A DNA stretch of 64,000 nt from contig OX597824.1 of the NCBI GenBank assembly GCA_951406725.2, positions 49,352,001-49,416,000 on the forward strand, written 5' to 3'. Positions 43,206-54,432 of the stretch are shown here, in pieces. The notes beneath the pieces are model-generated. The model worked only from the letters and a program-made list of their open reading frames with translations, made no database searches and was not told the DNA's origin. The first letter of the stretch is position 1; every line of letters begins with the position of its first letter. This DNA is from Octopus vulgaris. Taxonomy: Eukaryota. Position numbers and translations under genes: made by a program.

Positions 43206-43288
43206 CTGGAATTTTAGGAGGTGCTCCTCTTGATCCATAGCCCATATCTGGAGGTATTACTAGTTTCCTTTTCTCTTGTTCACACATT
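43206..43288 (-). CDS. FKBP2: FKBP2-like coding exon 3
   Basis: ttttcag|[27 protein letters not shown]|gttggt; 83 nt; phases fit both neighbours. Confidence 0.96.
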
Positions 43289-43898
43289 CTGAAAATATTC
43301 CAATAATACATTATTAAAGAAATATATTTTGATACAATTTGATGCAAGTCTTCCCAAAATATGAGATTCTGGATGTGAATAGAAGATATTACACTAGTCA
43401 TATTTGATATTCAGTGAATCTTTTTAAAAATTAGTATTGTTAGTATTAGTGATGTGGACTGGAGATAAACCTCTGGTGAATCAAGATCATAACATAATGT
43501 AAATTCTCAATTCAGTCAATTTCATGTTATCACAGAAAAATTAAGAAAGCCACAACCTCCCATTTTGTTCCTCTAAGCTATTGGCTTCATGTCAACACTG
43601 CATCCTTCAAATATTCCATGCTTCTCAAAATCCACCAACACTACTTCTGATGTGCCCATGCAGCACCCTATCTTCTTTAAGGGTCTTTTACCGTTCACTT
43701 TTCAGTTTTTTTTGTGTGTTTTACTCTGTGCAGTATGCATACACTATTGGCTTTCATTACTGTCTTTCTTTACTTGATTTATTGTCACTTTCTGCCCACT
43801 ACCTACTCTATTCAGACTATTTGTAGTTCCCCTAAGCACTGTATACAATAAGATTATTATTATTATTATTATTATTATCATCATTAATAATAATAATA

Positions 43899-44095
43899 GG
43901 GCGGTGAGCTGGCAGAATTGTTAGCACGCTGGATGAAATGCATAGCAGTATTTCACCCATTGCTCTGAGTTCAAATTCTGCCAAGGTCAGCTGTTGGGGT
44001 CGATAAAATAAGTACCAGTTGAATACTAGAGTCGATGTAATTGACTCATCCCCTCCCCCACAATTGCTGCCCTTGTGGCAAAATTTGAAATTATT
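43899..44095 (+). mobile_element. Second SINE family sitting in (AAT)n/(ATT)n runs (others at about 7055, 25680, 29360-29750, 39695-40143, 42215)
   Basis: Head ggcggtgagctggcagaa, B-box gagttcaaattc, and tail ttgtggcaaaatttgaaa(tta)n, repeated in the window. Confidence 0.85.
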
Positions 44096-44342
44096 ATTAT
44101 TATTGTTATTATGTTTAAGTGTGGTCAATAGCTTAGAGAGAGATGAAATTTATCCAGCAGAAAACATCCATAACATACTATGTACAAAACAAGAGTCATC
44201 TGTAGTGATAGGAAGTACAACAGTTTTACAGCATCATGAAAGTCATCTCCATTATAGGAAGAAAATAACTATGAACTTAGTTAACACAACCAACAAGATA
44301 TATCATATAGATGTATTAACGCAACCACTTTATTTTTATTGT

Positions 44343-44945
44343 GAAGGCACATAGCTTAGGGGTTAGAGTGTTGGGCTCACAATCATGAGGTAGTGGGGTT
44401 GATTGCCCAAGCGGGCTGTGTTGTGTTCTTGAACAAGACACTTTATTTCACATTGCACCAGTCCACTCAGCTGTACAAATGAGTTGCAATGTCACTGGTG
44501 CCAAGCTGTATTGGCCTTTGCCTTTCCCTTGGATAACATCAGTAGTGTGGAGAGGGGAGGCTGGTATGCATGGGTGCCTGCTGATCTTCCATAAACAACC
44601 TTGCCCAGATGGATATTTGTCCTCATTTTGTTTGTTTGTTTACACAACGTTTCAGCCCTCCAGCCCTCTTCAGGTGTCTTAGGGAAATTTCGAACCTGGG
44701 TTCTCATTCCTAAAGTATTTTTCGATATTATTATTATTATTATCATTATTGGAGGGTATATCAGCTGAAACGTTGTGTTAACAACAAACAAGATGAGGAC
44801 AAATATCCATCAAATGTAAATAATGTACATAATTCCTCATCTCCTAAATATAGAACTGAACCTTGCACAGACTTGTGCCTCAGAGGGGAACTTTCTAGGT
44901 GCAATTCCATGGTCATTCATGACCAAAGGGGGGTTTTATCCTTGT
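44343..44945 (+). mobile_element. Third tRNA-head SINE (relative at 39045-39360), interrupted by an inverted-repeat insert at about 44608-44860
   Basis: tRNA-like head and gtgttcttgaacaagacact core; aaccttgc(c/a)caga is duplicated on both sides of the insert. Confidence 0.7.
44642..44677 (-). ncRNA. Putative degenerate minimal hammerhead ribozyme (Penelope-type)
   Basis: Minus strand reads ACAC-CUGAAGA-g-GGC(uggagg)GCU-GAAAC-GUU-GUGU. Confidence 0.45.
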
Positions 44946-45704
44946 TCTTATTAGTAGCCTGGTTTAATTTTATTTTTAATTAAGAAAAACTGCATAACAA
45001 AGTATATTTACAATTTATTCATGTAATAAAAACAAAAAAGAAATTAAGAAAAACGAAAAATTATAATGGAATTCTATTTATCTTTTCATGGTATTGGCAT
45101 CAGGAAGTTAAAGTCATCATACTTAGTGAGAATAGCTACTGAAGCTTGCTTTGCAACCAGATGGTTTCAGGTTCAGTTCCACTGCCTGGCATCTTGGGCA
45201 AGTATCTTTTACTTTAGTCCTGGGCTGACCAATGCCTTGTGAGCAAATTTGCTTGATAAAAACTGTGTGGAAGCCCATCACATGCACGTGTGTGTGTGTG
45301 CATGTATGTGTCTTTGTGTTTGCATATGCCCACAAGCACTGCTTGATAACTGGTGTAGGTTTGTTCACATAATCATAACTTTGTGATCTCAGTAAAAGAG
45401 ACTGATAGAATAAGTACCAAACTTTTAACAACTAGGTAGTGGAGTCAATTTGTTCAAAGTTGTGCCCCAACACAACAGACCAATGACTGAAACAAGTAAC
45501 AGATAAAAGACAAACTTTGTAAACTTTTAGATGCTGTATGATTTTACAACTTGATCACATTCAATCAGTTATTAAAATACCAATATGTTGATTATTCATT
45601 TTAGATAAAATCATTATATAATATAAACATATTAGTGTCACACTGTTATGGGGATAATAATAATGGAACACCCCTGAGTGGTATGTGTTAGTCGTTACAA
45701 ATAC

Positions 45705-46915
45705 TGTGATGTAGGAAGTCGAGAAGTTGGGGAAGTCGGTCATAGATAGTCATGTCTTTACTTGTCTAACTAACTATACCTGCTATACTGGAATGGATGT
45801 TATAACAGTCCGACATTGGATTACAACAGTGACGATGTGAAATTAACAAACTCATGAGGATTAAACAAACTCACAAGAAGTCACAAAACACACAAAAGTT
45901 TTTTGCATGAATTTTACAATATACAAAATTGTAAAATTATGCAAGAATTGTTGGCCAGTTTGCTCAAGTTGCAAAAACAGCAACAACAAAAATTACTATT
46001 ACGACAAATGCTGCAATTAATGAATAGTAAGTCATCCAAAAATGCTGAAAAGATGTTCTCACTAGATTATGTTGCAAACTCAATAATGGGATTTAAGTAT
46101 AAATCAGACAAAGGAGTTACCTTTGAGGCATACTATAGAAGATACAAACAGATTTTCAATAAAGAGTGCAAAGATGGGGACAACAATATGAAAATGCATC
46201 TAATCCTATGAAAACTGGCAGCAGGAGAACATGAGCATTACAGCAATTATGTACTCCTGAAAAAACTTGACATAAATAAACTTTAGAAATACAATAGATA
46301 TATTGTATAAACTTTTTTAACGAGAAAAGCTTATTGTTCAAAACACACTGGAAATGTTTGAACCTAGAAAAGAACGAGGAGGACTACGTCACATATGCTG
46401 GTAGAGTTAACAGAGAATGTGAAAAGTTCAAACTGGATGAGTTAATGCCAGACATGTTCAAGTACCTGATATTTACTCAGGGACTAACTGCAGAAAAAGA
46501 CACAGAAGTAAGAATAAGAATTCTCACTAAGCTGGAACAAAACCAAGATGTAACCTTACAACAAGTGTCAGAAGAGTGTGAAAGAATAGTAAATCTAAGG
46601 CACAACAGAGAGAAAATTGAACATAAAGGTTGCTCCCAAGTGAAACAAATGCGTTGGAAAATACAAAACAGGCAGAATAGCAATCAAGTGTGTATTAAAA
46701 TACAGTACAAACAGGACAAAAGTCAGGAAACAAACCCATATTTTGCATGTAGAGGTCTACACCAGAGAAAAAACTACCCATTTAAGAAAGTGGAATGTTT
46801 CCATTGTAGAAAAATTGGATACATAAAAGTGCGCTGTAAAACCAAAATGACAAGACGTTGGAATAAAGAAAAAAAGAGTAAACAAGATGTCATAAAAAAA
46901 ATGGGAAAAATGTGT
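45705..46915 (+). mobile_element. Ty3/Gypsy LTR retrotransposon remnant (short LTR, PBS-like site, degenerate gag) in an FKBP2 intron
   Basis: TG...CA segment 45705-45828 followed by gtgacgatg (decayed TGGCGACG-type PBS); ORFs 45903 and 46334 give gag-like TFEAYYRRY and YAGRVNRECEKF plus a decayed zinc knuckle (CFHCRKIGYIKVRC); truncated before pol. Confidence 0.8.
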
Positions 46916-46919
46916 TGTG

Positions 46920-47120
46920 ATTCTTTCCTGTAACATTCTAATTACATGTTCATAGTATTGGAGCTGTACCTTCTCAATATGAAAGAGTAGTGGCTCAGCC
47001 TGGAGAGACTCCTTGATCTTCAGGTTATGCACCGAGAGATCCTTATTTTGGCCACTTTTATTCACAATCATACTCTTTCAGGCATTACCCAACATTCATG
47101 ACCATAGGTGAGGATAGGCA
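46920..47120 (-). mobile_element. RTE-like LINE ORF C-terminal fragment abutting the Gypsy remnant
   Basis: EPLLFHIEKVQLQYYEHVIRMLQER resembles the RTE LRWFGHVxRM motif. Confidence 0.6.
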
Positions 47121-47268
47121 AAAAAACAGAATATCAGAAATTTAATTCTCATAAACTATATTTAAAATTGTAATTACAACTGAAAAAAAAAACTTTCTTG
47201 AATAACCTATTTTTACATGCAATGAAGCTCAAAATAATAAATCTGAAATTAAAAAAACAACTACTCAC

Positions 47269-47381
47269 CCCAGAAGACCTTGATCCCAGCCTTTTATCAC
47301 TTGACCAGCACCCAATGTAAATACAAATGGTTCATTTCTTGAATAGCTGCTATCAAATTCAGTACCATCTTCAAGCTTGCC
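47269..47381 (-). CDS. FKBP2: FKBP2-like coding exon 2
   Basis: tgttttag|[38 protein letters not shown]|gtgagt; 113 nt; canonical FKBP core. Confidence 0.96.
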
Positions 47382-47734
47382 CTAAAACATATGAAGATGC
47401 AGAAAAAAATACATAAAGAACAATATAATTCTTGAAAAATTCATGAACAACAAAATGGATTAGAAATGCATATACAAAGTTTTAGTTTATCAAGTAAAGA
47501 CATTATAAAATCAGATATTCAAGTTTTGGATTAATCAGTGTTTATTCTGAATTTCTGTATTTTTCAAACTAGTTCTACCTGAAAATTATGTTAAGGGTAC
47601 ATGTCTCTGTGGACTGCTCAGTCACTTACACATTAATTGAAGAGTTAGTAATTCAGTTAATTGAACAACTGAATCCTCATCAAATGACAGAAATCCCCTA
47701 ACAAATGAGTTGTTAAAATACTCATCAAAAATGT

Positions 47735-48050
47735 TTCCTGTTGATTATAATGATGCTCCTTCTGTCAAATATATAATGACAATTCTTCTGTCAAAAATAT
47801 GATGATACTTTTATCAAATATATAATGATGGTTGTCCTGTCAAGTAAATAACAATAATCCTTCCATCAAATAAATAACAATGATCCTTCTATTGAATATA
47901 CAATAATGATCCTTACATCAAATAAATAACAATGATCCTTCTATTGAATATACAATAATGATCTTTACGTCAAATAAATAACTATTATCCTTCTGTCAAA
48001 TAAATAACTATAATTCTGCCAACAAATATATAATTATCCTTCTATCAAAT
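47735..48050. repeat. Minisatellite, about 11 units of roughly 28 bp, in an FKBP2 intron
   Basis: Recurrent aatgatccttct(g/a)tcaaata(a/t)ata. Confidence 0.85.
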
Positions 48051-48075
48051 GTAAGAAACACTATTGCTAACTTAC

Positions 48076-48252
48076 ACTATAATGCATCTTTAACACATCG
48101 CCTTTTTTTGATTTCACCTTGCATTTGTCTGGATCAACTCTCTTTTTTATTCCAATTTGCAATTTTTTCGTTTTCCTCTCTTCTTTCTTGTCTGCAGCTT
48201 CAGCCAAGCAGAGAGCAAACAAACATACACAAATGGAAATAAACCACTTCAT
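48076..48252 (-). CDS. FKBP2: FKBP2/FKBP13-like ER peptidyl-prolyl isomerase, first coding exon (signal peptide and start of FKBP domain)
   Basis: [19 protein letters not shown] signal peptide, then [31 protein letters not shown]; donor gtaag at 48075; acceptor ag 2 nt upstream of the ATG implies a non-coding upstream exon. Confidence 0.95.
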
Positions 48253-48619
48253 ATCTAAATCAGTAAAGAAAATTACAAAATCATTAACAAAAACATACAG
48301 AAGTTAAAAAAAGAAATTTATCAAAATAAATAAAATTTCCCAGATCTAAATTCCAAAAATGAGTAAATGGTATTTTAAATAATTGGAAATTAATTAATGC
48401 CCACCACCACCACCTCTCCTCGAATAAATGCAGCAATAATAATAGTAAGTAGCTATTAAAGACTTAAACATTAATGGATTGTTTCTGGTTTGCTTCTAGA
48501 TGTGTTCTATAAATGTGGATATTTAGATTACAGATGATGATGATGATGTGTTGAACTTTATATATGTGGTTGTGTGGGTGATTTTATATTATTCAAGAAA
48601 AGATTACAAACTTTTATAT

Positions 48620-48975
48620 TTCCAGTTATGCTACACAGCAGTGAAACATGGGCTGTGACTGTTGAGGACATGCATAGGCTTGCAAGAAATGAAGCTAGTA
48701 TGCTCCACTGGAAGTGTAATGTCAGTGTGCATACACAACAGAGTGTAAGTGCCCTAAGAAAAAAGTTGGACATAAGAAGCATCAGATGTGGTGTGCAAAG
48801 GAGATGACTGTGCTGGTATGGTCATGTTACATATGGATGAGGACAGCTGTGTGAAGAAGTGTCACATCCTAACAGTGGAAGGAACCTGTGGAAGAGGTAG
48901 ACTCAAGTAAATCTGGGATGAGGTGGTGAAGCACAACCTTTAAACAGTGGACCTTGCAAAGGCAATGAGAAGCAC
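48620..48975 (+). mobile_element. RTE-clade LINE 3' fragment
   Basis: MLHSSETWAVTVEDMHRLARNEASML..., CWYGHV and GTCGRGR motifs. Confidence 0.85.
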
Positions 48976-49259
48976 ACACGCATACATATATACATACACA
49001 CACACACATATATATATATATATTCACATTTCCAGTCATTAGACTGGATATAAAATTTCAAATCGCCAGATGTAAGGTGAGCCTTACACACACACACACT
49101 TCAGAAGAGGTAGCATTCATGGTCTTCACATGCCCTCCTAAACTGGTGAGATTGACACCATTAATGTTTAGCATTTGAACTGGCCATATTGGGTTTCCCA
49201 CACCTACTCTGCAATCATCATCATCATTTAATGCCTGTTATCCATGCAGGCATGGACTA

Positions 49260-50335
49260 TAATTGAGCGAAACAATTCTTATGCTCAATTTTTCTCTCAA
49301 CACATTTGATCTTTATTGTACTTAGCTTCATTTCATTCCTTTCTAGTCTTTACATGTCCTCTGCATTCAGTTCTAACATCTCACTACTATCTAGCATAGG
49401 TATTCATATACAAACATCATAAAGTCTACTTTTCACTTTAAGACTTTTTGATCAGCAGATGTAATAGCTTTCTCAACTTCCTCCATCCTGTTCATATTCC
49501 AACAACTATATTTTCAGAACATCCCCCTCTACTGCTAATTAGTTCACCTAGGTAACAGAAATTATATACTAACTCTAGGGAAACTCCTGGGCATTTGAAA
49601 AAATTTATATCCCATATTTTCTTAGTTTTTATTGCTCTTGCACATCTGTCACATATAAGGTCCACTTTCTCTGTTAACCTCCCTATGATTCCACCTACAT
49701 TTTCCTCAAAGTCATAGGTTACTGCTTGTTTCTCTTGCAAACTAGAACTTTGGTCTTTACTAAGTTAATTTTAAAGCTCTGGTTTTGTATTGACACCTGG
49801 AATTTCTTTTCTAGTTCTACTACAGATTCAGCTACAAAAACAAGCCCATCAGCATATAGTAGTTCCCAAAAGTAACCTGTATTAAATACCTCTGTTATGG
49901 CTTGGAGGGGACTGAGAACCAAACCCTAGAGAACACTTACCTGTACACTAAATTAATTGCTGTACTCTCTCTCGCACCTTACTGACAGCACATCTGTGCA
50001 TTGCTTGTATAGCTCTCACAAGCCATTCATTTACTCCTAGCTTCCTTAGAGACCACCAGAGTGGAAAGCTTTCTCTAGGTTAGTGAATACCAAGAGCAAT
50101 GGCTTACTTTTAGCTAAATACTTCCGGAAAGAGATCATCAGTCATACCTCTCCTTGGTACAAGACCAAACTGCATCCCATCTAACTTAATTCTCTTCCTA
50201 ATTAATTGGGCTATAACTTTCCATAATTTTCATGATCGGATCCAACAATCTGATGCCTGCAATAACTTCAAAAGCATCTTCTTTGTCCTTGTTATAACTG
50301 ATTATAATGTCACTTTGCCAGTTGTTAGTTATAAC
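49260..50335 (-). mobile_element. RTE-clade LINE fragment
   Basis: VLSPL, WELLYADGLVFVAES and FCYLGELISSRGGCS; same family as 62405. Confidence 0.85.
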
Positions 50336-50774
50336 TATACATATAAATAAATGCTGCATAGAACAGGAGAAATAGAAATCAATACATGAGTGGCTATATT
50401 TATTTTTTAATTGCTAGAAAGTTACAAAAGTGATTCAAGAGTTTTGTGCCATGGACAAATCTCTACTGTTTGCTCTAAACCTACTCTACGCTCCTTAATT
50501 GATGAGCTCTATCTGCAAACAGGGAGCCAGCATGAGACAATATCCATTCACATATATATATAAATGAGAGAACAAAATAAAAGGCACTCAGCATATTTAG
50601 TAGGAATTACCTGTATTATTATTTAAAACAGTTTGATTCGGCTTCATGCAAGTTTCATGAGCTAATAGAAAACCCAAGCATTCTAGTTTGATTGAAGTAT
50701 TGTGATAAAGAAGTAAAACAACAAATAACGAAGATGGACAGCTCTAACAATGCAAAAAAGAGAGCATTAAGTAA

Positions 50775-50814
50775 TCTTTATATATTTCAGGCACAAAGGC
50801 CCATCATCAGAAGT
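50775..50814 (-). ncRNA. Putative minimal type I hammerhead ribozyme (Penelope-type)
   Basis: Minus strand reads CUU-CUGAUGA-u-GGGC(cuuugu)GCCU-GAAA-uaua-UA-AAG. Confidence 0.5.
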
Positions 50815-50982
50815 GAATGGCCCTGAAATGTGAGTTATATAGACTCTGCCAGTTTGATTACTGAACAGGCACCACTGACTCCACTTTGTCTGGCGACATA
50901 TATGTATATGGGTTATATAAAGGTTGCTTAACTTCACATTGTTAGATGCTTTCCATCTTTGTTGTAATTTTACTACTACTAC

Positions 50983-51018
<36 letters not shown>

Positions 51019-52649
51019 AATAGTAAAGTTTTCATTTACATTTTGCTTTGTTTTTATTTGCTTACTCTCCTGCCAGCAGGTTATTTGCCATCATTTCAAT
51101 CAGGTGCTCTGCTCTCTGCTGTTGTTAACAGTAACCCTGTATTTTTATGGGTCTGTGAGGTTCATTTTATTTAGGTCACCTACTATGGTATCTGGGGTTT
51201 GGGACATCTTGGCAGAATGACAAAGTGACCATTATCATGTGGCCTTCTTATTACATGGTCAAACTATTTCAGCCTCTTCCTTCTTATTAGCTAGTCAGAT
51301 GTTTGTCATATTAAGAACTTTTCTTGGAGAAATATTTTTGTACCTATCTCATAATGATATTTCCTCAATAGACTGAAAGCATCACATTTCAAAAATGCAT
51401 GTATCTTCAGATTTTAAGGTCCATGATGTGATTGGAAGAACAAAACAACAATGATTATACATATAATATTAGAAGTAGAAGGATAATAGAATAAAGAATC
51501 TGTGCAAGGAAATGGTGTGCACACTATTTCTACAGATCACAGAAGTTACTCAGTACAGTGTGTACATATTCATTATCCCTTCCAAAATGTGCACAGAAAA
51601 ATCATTTTCAAACTCTTGAAATGACACTACCAGTTTTATGATAAAGACCAGTTCACCTCTGACAGAAAAATGACAAGATGATCTTCAACCAACACATCTT
51701 GCATTCTATAATACAAGAGGCAAAATGTGCACTAGAATGACCAAGAGACCCTGCATCCATTTTTATTACTGTAGTTGCTTAAAGAAAATTATTTCATTAA
51801 ATTTTAGTGACATTCCACTATAAATTTTAACAAGCAAAATGACCGTAATTCAACAGTTTGAAAGTAAAAAAAAAAAGAAAGAAATAGAAAAACATGATTC
51901 GGGTGCATTGCGTACTATGCACGAGAAGGGATGGGATAGCGTCGCTTGGAATGCCTTTGATCATAGATCTGCTTTATCAGGGATGACTTAGGGCTAAACA
52001 AGAACTCTCGCTGACTCAGTACATCTAGCTCGGAATAGATTTGATTTGGAGAGGCTAGAAACATTTCTGTTGATTAAGTTTTTAGTGAGCTAGCAGTACT
52101 GAGTTCGGAGAGATCAGAATGCACAAGACGATGCTTTCTGCAGGGGTTCAGTAATTCAGTGTGTTGAGGGACTTGACTATATATATATATTTTCCAGTGG
52201 ATTCCACAAAATCTGTTGATACCTAAGATTACAAATTGATATCATTGGAAATTCTGATCCTGTTTTTGTTACGTGTACTTCAATTAACTTCTGTTTCACA
52301 TACAAATATGCTCCTATTACCAGATCCCCCACACGCACACACCTTTCTGTGTTTTGTTTTAGCATTTAAATTTGACCTGTTAAGTAGGGAAAACACTTCA
52401 TTTTAAATGAAAACAATTGAATCCTGAAACTGATAAGAAAACAAGAAATAAATTGTTATTTTTTTTTAATGACAAACTTTGATATGTATATAGATTTCCA
52501 CACAAGCACTTAATTTGGTTGAATTTAAAATAAAAAATTTTTTAAAGAGTTTAATGTAACCATAAAATAATCTTTTTTACATTGGGACAAATACTTAGTT
52601 TTTATATGAGAGGGTAAATGAAAGTCTATCATGTACGTGCTTAAAAAAA

Positions 52650-53320
52650 ATTGATGATGTAAATAAAATTACAGCCGAAAATCGAAACGGGTTCGCGGAA
52701 TCGGCTTAACTTGCCGGGAATTTACTGCCGACTCTAAAAAAGCGCACGCCATAATTTGGTTTTTCAATAAATTTAAGAATTAAAACAAATGTTACTGTTA
52801 ATGGGTGGACACCGGTGAATTTTGCATCTGGAGAAATATCATCTTAAGTATTCAGAGCATCGTAGTTAATGTTTCATTAAAGTTAATAATCAATGAATCA
52901 TAGATGCGTATAATTACCTAATAAATGACTGCTGGGCCGATAAAGAATGTTGCTCCGAAAACGAGGAAAACCCTAACGCAATTAGAAATCAAAACAGAAA
53001 GAAACGATGTGCGTTAAAGTGGAGTCGGGACGAGACGCCCACGTGACAGTTGAACAACCAATCAGTGAACAGCGCGTCTAACGACCTTCTTATATGTGAC
53101 GTGCCTTCAACTGTTTGGCCAGAGTAATTAAGAGAAAGTGAGAAAGGGAATCTCTACACGGCCTTTCAACCCGCTAGAAATAACAACCAAAACCACCTTC
53201 TCCCAAATCGCTTCTTAAAAGAAAACGTATTGCAATATGTAGTTTTAGATATATTATGTCTGGAGAAAAAAACAGGGCAGTCACGTGTGCTTAATCCAGA
53301 CAAGCAGTGACGTCAAAAAC
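52650..53320 (-). promoter_or_regulatory. Probable FKBP2 promoter and non-coding first exon
   Basis: Local CpG enrichment in a CpG-poor window; minus-strand donor AG|GTAATT at 52918/52917; CCACGTG 53039-53045, CCAAT 53058-53062, TGACGTG 53097-53103, TGACGTCA 53308-53315. Confidence 0.55.
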
Positions 53321-54052
53321 TATGAAGTGAATCTGCGATTTGGCTTCGATCCCTCCTGTGGTGATTTCACTTTTGCAGAAAATCGACACTTTACAATATT
53401 TTCCCTTTCCCTATATACGTCAGAGGTTTGGAGGTGCTTTCGTATGAAATCATTAACGACCCGACGAAGTTTACCCACGCCTACTTTTGACTTATGTTGG
53501 AACTGCTCTGTATCACTTGTCTTGTTACGGAAAACATTAACTTTATAAAACTTAATGCTTTTTTCCCCACTGAAAATTTTTGTATTTCAGACCGATATAA
53601 TAAACTTATATTTATATTCTTTTGAATCTTTTGCGCTTTATCATTCCATTTAAAAACAAAAGACGCAAAAAAAGAAAACGCCTTTTAATGTGTCCAGATA
53701 AGATAGATATCTATCTAGCTAAAAACCCATGTTTCTCATGAGACTAAGTCAAGTCTCAAAAGCCTAATTACCTAGATCGAGAGAGATTAACTGATTTAAA
53801 CATACCATGAGTTGTTAGCCTCTTCCTGCAACAAATATGAAGGGAGTTCTTTTATTGTATTGCGATTAATATGGTGATGAGTGCTTCAAAATATAGCCAT
53901 ATGATAAATTCAATACTTTGTTGTGCCTAAATGGATTTAACAGATTGGCTGGTGAAAGTCAGCAGTTCATCCAGTCACCTCACTAGCATTGTCACCTCAG
54001 GCAAAAAAAAAAAAAAAAAAAAGTCTAATAATCCGATCCACCCAGTCGTAAA

Positions 54053-54432
54053 TCTCTCTCTATATAAAGCTGAAGTTGTCTGTGTATGGTAGGTTTGGTA
54101 GCCTTCAACTAACACTATCTCCTCCGAGACCCTGTGGCGCAAGTTGACTAAAATAGAAGAAGGCTTGCTCTTCCTTCTGTAGATGAAAAATTCAAGTCGG
54201 ACCATGTTAACGCCAAAAATTATTTACATCAAAAAGGTGCTTTTTTTTCTATGAAAATCCCTATGTTTTACGATTTTTTGACTGCTGTGTCGCCATTTTT
54301 CGGTGTATTTCAACCAGAAAAATGTTCACTTAAAGAGAATAACAAGCTACATAATGCAAACTTTTTACTTTTCAAAAATTCCAATTCTAAAGGGTCGAAA
54401 CAAACCCAAGAAACGCCGGGCGATACTGCTAG
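54053..54432 (+). mobile_element. Non-autonomous Helitron
   Basis: 5' A|TCtctctatataaag, 3' CTAG|T with an imperfect subterminal hairpin cccaagaaacgccggg; A/T insertion site and no TSD. Confidence 0.8.
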
